This document shows positions 49,401 to 63,817 of a stretch of DNA of 64,000 bases, in pieces (within the stretch, counting starts at the first letter, position 1; each line of letters opens with the position of its first letter). The position numbers were made by a program, and so were the translations under genes. The stretch comes from Styela clava (taxonomy: Eukaryota). The notes under the pieces are model-generated. The model did not search any database. It was not told the DNA's origin and saw nothing but the letters and a program-made list of their open reading frames with translations. The DNA lies in the NCBI RefSeq assembly GCF_964204865.1, contig NC_135253.1:13144001-13208000 (forward strand), given 5' to 3'.

Positions 49401-52400
49401 AAGGTAATCCTATAATACTTGACTAACAATAAGGAACATGCTCATCATACCCAATAACAAACAGTGTAAGGTACCAGGACTGTGAGGTCTGAGTTAATAT
49501 TCAGCATATTTTACTGACGGCAAGAGCCGGAGTCACATTTTTAAACAAGTAGTTCTAAATTTTCTGGAGTTTTTGTTATCTAAATTTGATTTTTCCATAG
49601 TTTAGAGCTGAAGTCAGTGTCTAAGTCAAAATTTTCTTAACGGAGCCAAATTTTTCCTACAACTCATAGTCAGAGCCGGTTATAAATACCCTGACTTTAC
49701 AATTCTGCAAGATGACATGGTTTGCTATCAGTTAATTTGCTCTTTGGTATAAATATGGAATTATGTTCATTCAAATACTTTATTCAAATTCAGTTATATT
49801 CCGCGTAGTGACTTAAGTAGCAATGTAGGATACATATATTTGAAAAATTGCCATTTCGAGTATCCAAAATTTGACAGTTATGAAAAAGACTAACCACCAA
49901 ATAATAGTTGTCCACAATTCAATAATGTTATTCAAATTGCAAGTTTTTTTATTGTCGTTGTCATTTTGAAATATGGTCGATCAGTAACAATGACTTTTTT
50001 TAACTGCCCCCTAATCTATTTGATTTTAGACCGCATGGTTAGGTGAAGCTCCAGCACTTCAATGTTTTGGTACGGGAACTAATATTGTACCAACAATACA
50101 TATTAGAGATCTGGCTTGGTAAGTTGTTCAATTAGTTTTTAAGTGTTCATGATGGTGATGTTTGGGGAGTTGGTCAACTTCTGCTGTATTTATTTATTAA
50201 CAGATAAGGTATTTTTTGTTTCGTTATTTGGTATATATTATTGTATTGCAAATTTTAACTTGGTAGGAAACCGTATATCTTTACCTAGAATGTATGCTAT
50301 TGATAGGATAGGATTTACATATTTATCCCGGGGGAGAGGAAAGCCGATAAGACAGCTTATCCATATGGCGAACCACGGCCTCTCGTCCGGTTACCATTCC
50401 AAGTCGGGTATGGGATTAGTTATATAGTTTGTTTTCGGAAGCATGGACTTGGTGGTGGAGGAAGCCGTAACCGACCAGCCGTTACGTGAACCACCCAACG
50501 ACGGCGAAGAGTCCAGCAATCCTCTCGCACATACCCATCCCTGCATGGGATTCGAACCTGCGAACCCACGCAGAGTAATTAGAGGTGCGGTGGCGAGCGT
50601 ATTCCTAACGCTTAGCCCGTTGAGCCACACCGCCGCGCCTTGAGCCACACCGCCGCGCCGCTGCTGTTCAAAATTTTTCACTCCTAGGTAATGTACACAG
50701 TACAATCTACACAGCTATATGTATCTAATTAAATACTGACGGAGACCACCTTAAGATAATCATTTTTGCCAAATTGGAACCTTCACATATTGCAATCATC
50801 TTCAATGTGCATACTTTTCTTTTTATATTTTCCAATATAACATTTATTTCCTTTGTACATGACAGTGTCATTCAGAATGTATGTGATGGTCATCCAAAAA
50901 CTCGGTACCTTGTTGCAGTGGACGATTCACAAAATTCACTCGAAGAAATTGTTCGGGTATGTGTATATTAACTTCTCTCTTGTCTTTTTATGCACTGTTC
51001 ATTTAATGGTATATCTACACTACATATCATTTGAGATATACGTATGTCATATTGAACTGTGTTATGTTTCAGTGCATCAGTTATTACTTGGGTACAGGAA
51101 AAATTCGTAAAATTGCGAAAGAAGATTATGATTATATGAGACAAGTATGAAATGTGTGCTTGAACCTAAACTTAACAATGGATTGCTTTATATTAAGTTT
51201 TTTATGTATTTTACATTTTTGTTTTCAAATAATGATTCACACTAACATGCTGCTGTGAAACTTTTTACAGTCGCAAACTCGCAATACTGTAATGTTTACT
51301 CTTTCCATAAATAAAATACAAGTCGTAGGGTTCACAAAAAAGTTGGAAATTTGTAAATAACTTGCATCAAAAGTGGCATGATAGCTGATTTAATCAAGCC
51401 AAAAACATCTTATGATAAATTCTGTCTCGCTATGAAAATAAAGAGAAAGAGTTCTTTTGTGCAATAGAATAGTAAATGTATTGTTAATTATAAAGTGTCT
51501 GATTGTATTTTATAACACATTTGAAATCATAATTTGGTATAGTTTTTTTCGGGAAATCAACAAATATTTAACTGGACTTTACTATATTTATTGACGTAAG
51601 TGAATAACCTGTGTGAGTGTTGTTGAATTTTCATTGTTATTAAACTATGGGTGACTAACATTGTCAGTAATTATTTGAAGAGCCCCACTTTATTCCCAAA
51701 CCATATTCGTTGGTACTGCAAATATCTAAAGATACATAATATGTATACATATTGTGTAATGAACGTAAGTGTTAAGAAAGGAGTTGTATACATTTATGGA
51801 TCTCGCTAAAATATTAGAGTGAACAATAACAAAACAATTTCAAAATTGAGTTGAAGAAAATAAAAATTAGCGAAACATTTCATAATAATAATTACAACAA
51901 ATGATTGCTACCACCTGTGTAAATATGGAGCATTTACATAATCGGCAGCTATCACACCTAACTTAGAAGGGTAGCTGGATGAGATGCCATGGTGTGCAAT
52001 AATATTAGGCTATCTCACTTCTTTTGACTATGAAAAGTGTAAAAATCCTATTCCAGATGAGCTTTTTAATGAAGGTTTCATGACTTTTCAACTAGGTTGT
52101 CAGTACAAAAGTTGGTCCGGGAAAGGTTGATCATATTTCCAAAGAAGATGCATTGCTGATTAAAGATCTCAAGGTTCCTTTTGAATTATCTTTTTAATCA
52201 TTTCAGTCATCAGTCAATTTTTTGGTGTATAAAAAATGAATGCAGGAATATACTACTCATTCTCTATAGCTTATGATGTACAGATCCCTGTTACATAGAA
52301 TGATACAGTATCTGAGAAAAATTGCACCAGACTAGGAAATAATCTACGACCTGTTTTCCCTACGTACTTATTTATACAACACCTAAACTGACCAAAACAT

Positions 52401-55400
52401 ATTCAATACCAAGAAGTATTTTCTATCTGGTAATTGTCAATATATATTTTTAGCAAAGTGAATTCGACTCACTTCTTGTTAACCTACGCATGGAGGCAAT
52501 GTTTGTCAAAGAATCCATGAGTGTTAGATGGGTTGCTGAGACTGGTTTGGTCGATTCAATCGAAAAGATTATCAAGGAATATAAAAACACAAGAGGATTA
52601 CAGGTATTGACTTCAAGAAAAAAAGCAAAAAATTTTTACTAATTGCGATTTTGAGATGTACAGAAAGAATATCATATGAACATAAATTCACATAAATACA
52701 TAATATTTCACATAATTCACATAAATTCTGAGAACCAGCGAAGTATGTTGGGAAATATCGGACCTTGTGGGACTTCATAAAAGTAATAGTGTTGCAGCAA
52801 TTTTCCTCCATCTTTAATTACTGAAAACTTTTATTTAAATTGATTGATCTATTAGTTAACTACAACAACCATTTTTCCAAATGCTCTATAGATACACTTT
52901 TTGTTCTATAAGCAGTCTTCAGGTTTGCAAGAACTAATTTTTCATATTAATACAGACTTATACTGTGCTCATTAATAAACAAATCATTCTTTCTTTTTCA
53001 TAGCCCATGCGTGCGTGTGTACTTGGTCCACCTGCATCTGGTAAAACAACATTGGTTGCCAAGATCTGTGAACATTATAAACTTCATCATATTAAAATCA
53101 AGGATGTCATTGATGAAGCAATACAAAAACTAGAAGCCAGTGCTGCTAGACTGGAACAGGTAGATGATAATTTGTTATTAGTATTTTATCCCCTTTTCCT
53201 CAATTTAATACATTTCCTTTCAAGTACTGTAACTAAGAAAGCAGGTACTGTTACTTAGGTAACTTTTTTTATTGAATTTTATTTTCATTCAATACCCAAT
53301 AATTTAGGGTCGTAAAGTCAGAGTGTGGCGTGTTTTTATTGTTATTGAAGTCACATTTCCAAACTTTTTTTCATCTTTCTTCTCGTCTTGCATATCGCTA
53401 AATATGAAAATTCTTTCCTAAAAATGTCATCTTTTTTCCTACAGGGAAGCGCTGAAGGTGAAGGGGAAGAAGAAGATGAAGGAAAAGCACAAGAAGATGC
53501 TGAATTACTGGAAGCAGTGAAAGACAGCAGAGAAAACAATAATGGAAGATTGGAAGATCAATACGTGATTCGATTCTATCGTGAAAAACTTCATTCCATG
53601 CCTTGTCAAAATCAAGGATTTGTTCTTGATGGATTTCCTAAGACTTACAACCAAGCAAAAGATCTGTTTGCAGGTTGGTCAGGGTATTTTTTTGTGCTTT
53701 GATTTAGAGCTCTTCAAAGTATTTTAACATTCTATAATTCTACTTTACAGTTTAGTATGATGCATTGCGAACAAGGCTTTTTACAAGCAGGCAAGCTGAT
53801 ACTTAGCGAGTTGCTATTCTGCGGAAGTTACATTGTTGCCTAGTTACTTACATTATACTATTTAACTTATTTAGTTGAAGACGAGGATGAAGGTGACGAT
53901 GGAAAACGTTTATCATATGATGCATCGATCATGCCTGAAGTTGTTATTTCTCTTGATTCTCCTGACGACGAATTCTTGAAAAACAGAATCATGAATTTAC
54001 CTGAAGAACTAGTACAGGTAAGACAACATTATTTTGACTTGATAGTTGGTACGTGATGATGAGACCTAAGAATGTGCTTGAAATTTTACCGCTAATTACT
54101 TTGTGTGAGACATCATATGTGGGAAATATTGATGTCTATCTTGTGGTCTTAGGGTGTTCCACGTAACCAGTTATTGACAATTTACACAGCAATTTGATAG
54201 TTATGTAATCTCGCTCTTTATTTTGAATTGAATTAAATTGATCCACTTTGCGGCAAAAGTCAATTTTGTCAAATTGCATGTAAATCACGTAAATCATGCA
54301 TAGATATATTGTTGAAAGTTATTGTTGTAATACTGCACCTTACATTGGTAATAGAAAGGCAAATACAATAATCTACAAAAAAAGTTCTGTTTTGTTATGC
54401 ATTTTCCTATTTATCTCAGAGCTAAGGAAAGCTGATAATATAGTGAACCTGAACGTCACATCATGGTTCCGTTATTTATTCAAACCTGGTGTGGGTATGA
54501 TTTATTTTGTGGTAGAAAAACGAACGGCTACATGAACTACCCTGCGACAGCAAGGAATCCATCAATGCTCATATGGAAAATGCAAAAACATGCAAATATC
54601 ATGGCACAGATAATAGCAGTATTCCAATTTTTTTAATCACTCCATTTGCCACTAATATAGCAACCTTTTCAGGGGACACACAACACAGAAGAAGGTTTCC
54701 TTCGAAGACTCCATGATTTCAGACAAATGAATCGAGAAGATGACACCGTACTCAATTATTTTGATGAGCTCGAGATTCATCCCGAACATATAAGTATGAA
54801 TTCATTTGATCAACAGAATTTATGATCAAAATGCACTTCTTTTGAGAAATTGAAAATTGCGAAAGCATTAGCTAAATGCAGTCTTTTTAGGTATTCCAGT
54901 TCTTCCAGTTTCAGATGCCATACCATGTGAAATGACTTTTTGTATAGTGTTGTACAACTTGTACTCCATATGAAATGTAGCGTATCCTGATTTCTTGTTT
55001 GGTCATCATAATTTGAAAGACAAGATTCAGAGAAAAATCTTATGATATAAGATTATTTATACACACCTAAGCATCAATCTTTTATGAAGAATGCCTCAAA
55101 GTATGGTCAGTCTATGGCATGTCTTGTATAAAAAATGAAATTAACTTTATGCCACCACTAAGCATTTTTATTCGTGTAATTAGTTGTGTAATATCAACAT
55201 TTAGGTTCATCACGTTTGGGAAAAAATTAAATATCTGAATGGTTTTCAAGCATTGATCAAGTGCACCTTGTGTATATGACTTGACAACTTCATTCTTGAT
55301 TGATTAATTACTTTTATTTTAACTATTCAAAGTATACAAAGACACAAATTACTGCTAAATTTGGTTTGGACTGATTAATGTTATTGTGAAATTACATTAT

Positions 55401-57252
55401 GATTTGTTCATTTAGCCCCTCTTGTGCTCCTGGTTTATTATTTTACTATATTTGTGTATATTATTATAAAATTTACCCATCAGTTGATATGTATTACATA
55501 TCAAATTTTCACCTGAATAAATGATGATCCTACGACAAAACATGGATCATAGACCCAGTCATACACCGAAGCATCTGTTTTTTTTTATTATATATGTTTG
55601 CATATTTTATATGTTTATGGTTTGATGAATGAAATGAACTCTCTCTCTATTCTCAGTACACTCATTGTCTCTCCATTTTACACCAACAGCACTCCACTTT
55701 GATTCCAGCTTGTTACTCGTAAATACCGTGTGCATCTATTGCACCAAATTGCCTGAAAACAAATAAAAATATCAATCAGACTTTTATTTGTTTGTTCAGA
55801 TGTCTCCCAGTTTGATGACATCAATTACAAGGCGATCATGAATAAAGTAAAAGGATGGTTGAAAGATCCAAGAAACTACGGACCTACTCCTGAAGAGAAA
55901 GAAGCAATGGAACGTGCTGCAGCAGAAGAAAGATTACAACAGGAATCTGAAGAAAGAGAGGAAAGGGAAAGAAGAGAAGCAGAAGAAGCTGAATTGATGA
56001 AACAGCGAAGAGAGGAATGGGTGAGTTGTCTTGTGAAGATGATTCTTTTAAATAATCAGAAACAAGTTCCTTATTTTTTTTTTTTCAAATATATTTGAAA
56101 GTTAAAAATGATTTAAATGTTATTTTCTACTGAATGTTTTGTAATTATTGAGACAATAAGGTAAAAGAGGCAACTTATTGAAACTTTGAATATTGTACAC
56201 ATTTCATTCTGTCTCAGCTGATAATAGAAAATATTTTACTTTCTGTCTTATTTTTACAGTGATTTTTTTCACTTTTTATCCCAAATTATAGGCTGTGGAC
56301 TTTTTCCTCTCTCATTTTTGTGTCATTAATTTCAAGAATGACGAACAACTTTGCTCATAGAAAATGTTTATAACGAGTTTGCTTATAGAATATCTTGAAA
56401 ATATAAAATAAAGTGCAGCTGTGGAAAATATAAAATAAAGTGTATATTTTAAATTGGATTGCTTAATTCTATCCAGGTCTCAACAACAATAGTAATTTTG
56501 AAGTCTTTTAAACTTATTATGTTACTATAAAGCCGATCATCTTGTGAGTGATTAATTTTTAGATGAATCGACTTGAAGAAGTTAGAAAACAGGAATTAGA
56601 TGTTCTCGAAGAACAATCAATTCCACTGAGAAATTATTTGATGAAACACGTCATGCCTACACTCACATCTGGATTGATTGAATGTTGTCAAATTCGACCT
56701 GGAGACCCAGTGGATTACTTGGTAAGATATGCGGTCTATCATTATATATATATAAACTTCCACAGTGATAAAAGTTAAACATGAAATCCAAGAACATAGA
56801 CAAATCAAATCAAGCATATCGAAAAACAAAATTTAGAGCATTGGCTTACTTAGACTTATAAGATAGATGTGGAATAGGCCCTTGTTGCTTTTGCGTTCTA
56901 TTTAACTTTCTTGCGGTCTTATTAGTTTTATTCAATATACAACACCAAATATGTCTATAGGGCCTATCTATGAATGAAGGTAAAATCTTTGAATGAATGT
57001 AAAAACGTCTGTCTATCATGTTTATTATTTTACTTGTATATTGTGAGCGTTTTTTTTTTGTTAATAAAACATTTGAAAAATACAGTTTTTGAATAGTGCG
57101 TATGACCTCTGTTTGTGAATTTTTATAAACACAAAATGTTTGTTACATGAATGTTCAACTAAGCTTCTTACTCGCCTATTTGATAATTATCTATGCGTTT
57201 TTCTTTTTTGCAGGCGGAATATTTGTTCAAGAACAATCCTCAGGTTGATTGA
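46480..57252 (+). CDS. AK7: Adenylate kinase 7 (ciliary/flagellar); 16 exons, ~719 aa with exon 8b
   Basis: Exons 46480-46581, 47337-47519, 48011-48214, 48741-48851, 49320-49403, 50030-50118, 50866-50956, [51073-51144 or 52096-52173], 52454-52603, 53004-53159, 53445-53673, 53875-54017, 54673-54793, 55800-56020, 56563-56721, 57214-57252. Contains [32 protein letters not shown]-loop [18 protein letters not shown], a coiled coil and a C-terminal Dpy-30 motif ([14 protein letters not shown]...[15 protein letters not shown]). Confidence 0.95.
50318..50659 (-). mobile_element. tRNA-derived SINE, near full length (AK7 intron 6)
   Basis: The minus strand has A-box TGGCTCAACGG and B-box GGTTCGAATCC followed by a ~230-bp non-tRNA body that recurs elsewhere in the window. 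Confidence 0.85.
51073..51144 (+). CDS. AK7: AK7 candidate alternative exon 8a ([24 protein letters not shown])
   Basis: tttcag acceptor, gtatga donor, 72 nt, phase 0/0, no stop; aligns with exon 8b ([26 protein letters not shown]). Confidence 0.72.
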
Positions 57253-57463
57253 AAAGCAAAAAAAAATTCCAGAATTTGATATATTTAATTTTGTATATAA
57301 AAATTATATTTAAACTTGTATTTGAATGGCATTAACAGTTTGAATAAAAGTTGTTTTGTATAAATATGTTGAATAAATGAAGTTTGGGCGACAGGACTTT
57401 CTAAAAAAGAACTACGGTAATTGGATTTTGGAAGAAAAGTAGAATTGACTAGAATACTAGCAG

Positions 57464-57705
57464 ATATCCCAGGGGAAGGAAATTTATAAGATGGCTTAAG
57501 CGAATATCGAAACACGGCATCTCGTCCCATTACTCGTTACCATGCCAAGGTGACCACTAGGCAGTCATTCGTATTTGGTGGTGGAAGGAACCGAGACTGG
57601 CCAGCAATTCCCTGTCATATAATTATCTTTACATGGAATGCGAATGTGCGCAGTGTAATTTGATTCAGATGGCAACGAGTTCCCGGGGCTTAGCACGATG
57701 TGCAA
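57464..57705 (-). mobile_element. Decayed copy of the same SINE, downstream of AK7
   Basis: ATCCCAGGGGAAGGAAA..ATAAGATGGCTTA..CACGGCATCTCGTCC..GGTGGTGGA..CCAGCAAT blocks align with the SINE body. Confidence 0.6.
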
Positions 57706-58603
57706 GTCATCTGCAGTCCGATTGTGCAGCCGGGGTAAATTGTTGTTTTGCTAATTTATGAAACTGCATATTTATTTGGTTGTAACTATCGATTTTATAA
57801 TTTGCGATTCCTATATTCTCTTTTAGCACGTATTTTTGGTAGGAGCATTTGTGTTTTGCAGATAATACGTCGGTCAAAGTCCAAGACTGGGGTTTAGACA
57901 TAGCTAGACCTCCAAGCTTATATGTTTTTGTTCAAAGATGGATCACTAATACGTTAACAGTATTGCATTAACTCAAGTGCAGAGTGGCAGGCGCTTCTTA
58001 TGCAAAAAAAAGCTGATGAGGTGTTAAAAATACTTCAACGAGGCACCGACAAAAATCGATTTATGTTTGGCTGTCGCATCCAAGTCAACGCTCTCATAGA
58101 AGCAGCTCGGATAGATCGAATGAGCAACAGATATAATATAGTGTCCGCCAACCAGATGGCATCTTTTTATGGTCAAGTAACCGGACTAGGCTCAAAGACG
58201 TTAAGTATTATTATGAAATAATTCTATGAGATGTAAAATATTGACTCAAGTATCGTTGGAAAATTCTTACATATATCTAAATCTACTTCTAAACTATAGG
58301 ATAGCACAGCCGTTTTTGCGCAGGAACACCTTCAACTAGACGCGGAGGATAGGTTAGACACTACACTTTGTTCCAAAGAATTGAACTTTTATTAAAACCT
58401 TTTTACTGATCATAAAATCGACTCATCTTAATAACAAAAGTGCGGTGGGATAGTGATTTGCTAAAACAAGAAGTTATACTAAATACTTTTATAATACAAG
58501 TTCTCTCGCCATAATTGCGTAAATTTTTTTACATTACGGAACTAATCTGAAGCATTGATATATATTTGAATAAAAAGTGTGAATAATTCTTCAAATAGTA
58601 TTG

Positions 58604-61600
58604 CTAAGTTGAAGAATAATGTGAAAATTCATTTTCAGCTGCAGTTCGTGATAGTTCATCGACAAGATCGTGCAAAACTCCTTCTTCCATTTCAAGTTTT
58701 TCAGAAACCGATAGTTTTGATTGTTTGTTTCGAACAATTTCGTCAATATAAGGTGCTTGTTGTGTTCCGTGGAGTAGAAGCGTCCACTCCCTCAATACTC
58801 CTGTCATAAAATAAGATCATAGTCAAATAAACAGTTATGTTGTTTGTAACGTTACTAAAAAAATATCGGTAATCACGCGGATTTGCCGTTATTGAACAGA
58901 TGTTTATTTAAAGTGCCGGATTTACATTTCCTCAGCAACATCGATTCGGCAGTAAAAATTACTGGCTTTTAAACGAGAAATCAGATGTTTGTTGAGTTTC
59001 TGCCCTTTTTTCTCCAAAGAGTGATTCAAAATCAGATGTTCTGGAAACGTGACGTAAAGGCTAGCTAATCTATTTGCTTTCTTAAATTCAATTAACACTT
59101 GTGTGACGCAATTGCGAACGTCATCAATTTGAATTCCAAGTACTTTAAATCCTTAATCGACGGATGCATAATATTTATTTATTTGTTTATCTCGTATATT
59201 GAATTCTTTTCCTCACCTTGCTGAGGTAAATATCCATTAAAAGCAATTCGTAATATCCACGTTCCGGCCGGATCTTCGCCCCAGGTATGAGTTGTCATGA
59301 ACGGCCAACTGAAAATTGTAAATGTATTTATGCTAACTACAATAGTGCAGTGAAGTTCTATAATGGTTATGTATAGCATTATTCTCAAACGATTCAACTT
59401 GATTTGAAATCAGTTTAATTAACTTGTACCCTTTATTTTGATTCGCTAAAAGCAACAAGGCTATGATTCAAGTGGTTGACTCATAAAATTATACGAAAAC
59501 GGTTTTTACTAAAATACTAAACTAAGGATGACTCGAGATCATGTCTAGACACGTCATTCATATGGTGCTGCTGCTCTGATGAAAATAGAATTTAACATGA
59601 TTGGGGATTGTGGTAATGATTTAAGTTTTGATTTTTTGATTTGCATCGAGATTACAGAATCAAAATATCAAAAGTAGCTATTGAAACCTAACCCGTACGC
59701 TCATGAACAAAATAAAAAATATCACCTTCTGAATCCTTGTGTAAAATCATCGTCACGTGGTCTCCTACTTAGCAAAAGGGAATTTGTGTTCATTGGAGAA
59801 GTTAAATTGATTGTGACGTCACCTCTACGTGTAGAATCCAAAGTTATGAAAGCCTGAAACAATTAGTGATAAAGTTGACTATTTTTCGAAGAATACTAAG
59901 AAACGCATATATGAACTCGAATATGGATAAAATGTGTGGATGGCGAAGTTACTAATATTGATATATTAGTCTGAAGTGGAATTTCTAATTTAAACGTTAC
60001 TCACCTGAACGTGCTCTAGATATCTGACATGGTTAAACAGTCCTGCACAGGCGTCAGTTTTCAGTGATATTTCCAAAACACCATCAGATGGAATCGCGTA
60101 TTGTTGATTTGTCGTTCCTGCGTTGCAACGATATCGTCCTGGAACGCTGGTCCAGTCTCGCGCCATTTTTACCTAAAATATATTAATTTTGTAACAATAA
60201 AAGTGATAACCAATGCTGTGTACGACCAATGCTTTTATTATAAGGCGTTAACAAACTTTTCGGTATTTTCGATATTTTGATGAAAATTCTGACACGTATA
60301 GGGAAAAAATTATATACCAATTCAGTGCATCACATCATCAGGAACCGCTTACAAATTCGAACCATTTTTACGCGGTTTTTGATGCAAATATGATTTGCGT
60401 ATTGCAGACTGAAGGTAGGAGAACACGAAAGATATTATAGAGCCGATAGATGGAATATTAGCCAAAGAAATTTTCAATAAAAGATTGAAGGTTTGATGAG
60501 TCCTATCTATGTATTAAAGCAAAACATGACCGGGGATGAACCTTTTAGCCTTGATTTAATCATAAATACGTCTGTCCCGTCTGTTAATTCCATAGCTCGA
60601 TAAATCTGTATACTGACTTTCATTGACGACATTTTAATATCACTACAGTTTATATCAGCCTACCATTCGCCCAGCATTTAGAACGCCAAATCCGAATAAA
60701 TGATTGAATTCCAAGCCGACGCCATTCGTTTGCCATTTATGAAGATTATCGAATAGAGAATTCCTTGTTGATGTGAGAACAGTCAAATGCTGAAAGTAAT
60801 TAAAACAGTTATATACCGATGACTATAAATTGAGCATCAGTCTCATTTATGCATGGTAGCCTACAGATAAAAAATATGACAAAATATATCTGGCAATTTG
60901 AAATATGTGCCAATAGAAATGAGATATCCAAAACTAATATAGCAAATATACCTATTTGCGTATATTTGAAAATTATTTATATGTATATTACTGATATTCC
61001 CGTTACATGTAATTTTGAAAAGTAGAAGTAAACAAAATTAGAGTGACAGTTCAGCATCATTTTGTTACAATATTACTATCATGTATACTGCATAGTATAA
61101 CTGTTGACATCTCAACTGGATCATCTAACTTAGAATACGAAAAACTAAACTTAACCGAATGACTCGTTTTTATTTGAGCAAGGGATCTAACTTTAAAAAT
61201 TAATGGGTACAAATGGAGAGCGAGAAAAAATGGTTTGAAAAATCTGTAATAGGATGATTCACACTGATATAATGATACTGACTTTGCTTTGAAAAAAGCT
61301 TTTACATTAGGCGAACTTGCAAGATACTTATAAAAAAAAAATTCTCCTGGACACTTGGACAGCAATAAAATGTACCAATTTCGCTTCGCGGATAAAAGAT
61401 CTAAGAGTTCTGACCGGAATTTTGTTTTATTTTTCATCCAGTATTAATGTAAACATTTGACACAAAAATATTCTCTCAGGATAAACACTCTCCCAGACAA
61501 AAGCGAAAGTGTTTTCTTGGCAAAACATCATACATTTAGGGCCATTAAAATCGCATAGTACTCTATAATATATATATCCCAATATATTATGAAATATGAT

Positions 61601-63817
61601 GTTAATGTTTATCGACCAAAAAATCAGTTCAAAATAATAAGTGATGATATCATACCTGAACATCTCTCCATGTCAGTCTTGGATTGGCTTCCAAAGCAAG
61701 AGCAAATACGCCTGCCGCTTCCGGTGCTGCGGCGGAAGTACCGGAATGATGCAAAGTACAATTACCATACAAATCTGTTGTTGCCTAAATATTGAAATGA
61801 AATTTTTAAAGGAAATTTAACAAAATACAATGACGTTATACTGAAGTGCATACAAAAGCCCAAAGGAATCGCATAGGAATGAGTGTCCAATGTATAAACT
61901 ATAACTACAGATTAAGATCATTAGGGCATGTCAGTTTTGAACCTATGGTACTGTCAACAGAAATATAATAAAATAGTTCAATTAGAAAGATAATTTTGTG
62001 TCTGTCACCTGAACATCATCGTATTATATTCGGGGCCTGAGTGTTGACAAAATGGAATTGTGTTTTCAAATTACTTAAAGATTTCACAACTGTAATCATT
62101 AAATGTTGTCCAATTAGGAAATGGACCAGAAAACCTCATTATCAAAAAATCACTGATTATTCCGTACTGCCTTCACAAAATAAAATGATCGGATGAATCA
62201 AGAATGACCTTATTTCAGAAAAAGTTCCCACCAATAACATTAGATTTAAATGTAGATAACTATGAATAATGTTAACAATGCAAGTTGAATGTTTTGAGTC
62301 GTTTGTTTAGCATCGCCATTTTCTCGACAACATAGGGCAAGCCTGATCAATGAAACTGAAAACACCAAACTCCCAAATGAGATTTTGCCTCCATGCCTGG
62401 CTCTGATTTTCTGCATAATTTATAAGTCTGAGGTCAGATTCTTGAGAACCGATCGATGCTAACGTGGTAAATGAAGTGGAAAATGGCGTTTTCGTATATT
62501 AGCCATCTATATATTATCATTCAGAAATCAGGAAAATTTTAGAATTTCATCACCTCGAGTACGTGTTTTGATCACATATACGACATGTAGAGGCTCAATA
62601 TAGTCCTCGTTGGGAATATACATCCGAATATATTATTAACTATTTATGAAATTGTTAATATATATGTCGCTTAGCACTAATAGAAATACCGCAAGTGAAA
62701 TACCGAAATATAAATAGCTTTTATTTAATGGTGAAAAGACACAAAACAGAGAAACAGCCTGTAACATCATTAACCAGATAGCTGTAATTTTCTCCGCATT
62801 TTCCATGTTTGCTTTTTCACAGGAGGCGACTCGTATAAAGAGAAATTATAACACATTAGATGCTTGACGAAATATTATGTTATTATTTATAATCTTTAAA
62901 CAAGTGGTCGTACTTAACAGTAAACGTCAATAAACCAATTGAAAACGCTTCTGTAATTTCCTATATATTGATTTTTAAAGGAAATATACGAAATATAAGG
63001 ATGGGTCATGATGAATATCGTCATTTCGTTCCAAATCAAACCAAATTAAATTAGGCATACAAACACAATGCGGTTCAATTTAAACAATGTTCCGGTCAGA
63101 TTTTCGCACTTCCTTTAACGACGATATTTCATTTTATTGTTGTTCAAACAGAAATATCGATTATGGATTTTGTAATTTTGCGTCAGTGTGATGATGAGTT
63201 ACGTCGTGTGCATCAGGACACTCAAATATATCATTGAATAGCAACATCGATTGTTTTTGGTGGCCTTTGCCATGACGATATTCTTAATCACATATTTTGG
63301 AAATTATAGGTTGAATCATCACAGGAGAAATTGATTTTATTCAAAAAAAAGTCGTTTGTTTTATGATAAGCCAATACTGAAAAATGGCATTATGAAATTT
63401 AAATAACGAGGTCCTAGATTGAAGACACATTTGAAGTCAAAGCGTCTAATATGTTTCAGCATTTTTCCATTTCTACGGTTAAATTAGCGGTTTTATAATG
63501 GATATTAAAACATAGAAATTTGTCTGAAATGGAAAACCACACTTTCTATTTTAAGTTTGATTCCAAATTGAGCGATACCAAATAAGAAAAATCCAACTCA
63601 CCACACCAGATCCGGGAATTTGCTTTCCGCTGTTGCTAAATGTTGATGCCAATGTCGACGAACAACTTTCATCATATATTGCTGTTTCTCCATCATTCAC
63701 TGCAGAATTAACTGATATCGTCCACATGGAAGCTGCATATCCATCACAGTTACAATCATCATATTCTCCGCCATCCCCGGATGCCCAAACGTATATTGAT
63801 CCAAGACCTCTACGGCC
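58604..63817 (-). CDS. PCSK2: Neuroendocrine/prohormone convertase 2, 3' portion (5' exons lie beyond the window)
   Basis: Exons 63817-63602, 61784-61656, 60789-60664, 60172-60005, 59853-59726, 59308-59217, 58800-58604 join in frame. WASGDGG has the PC2-diagnostic oxyanion-hole Asp instead of Asn; catalytic Ser in HSGTSAAAP; P-domain RRGD; [11 protein letters not shown]. Confidence 0.94.

Noticed and set aside
50540-50640. tRNA gene
   Set aside because: A and B boxes are present but there is no convincing cloverleaf, and the head is fused to a body repeated elsewhere, so it is a SINE head.
50143-50705. ORFs of 66-104 aa in AK7 intron 6
   Set aside because: They arise from the GC-rich SINE and show no protein motifs.
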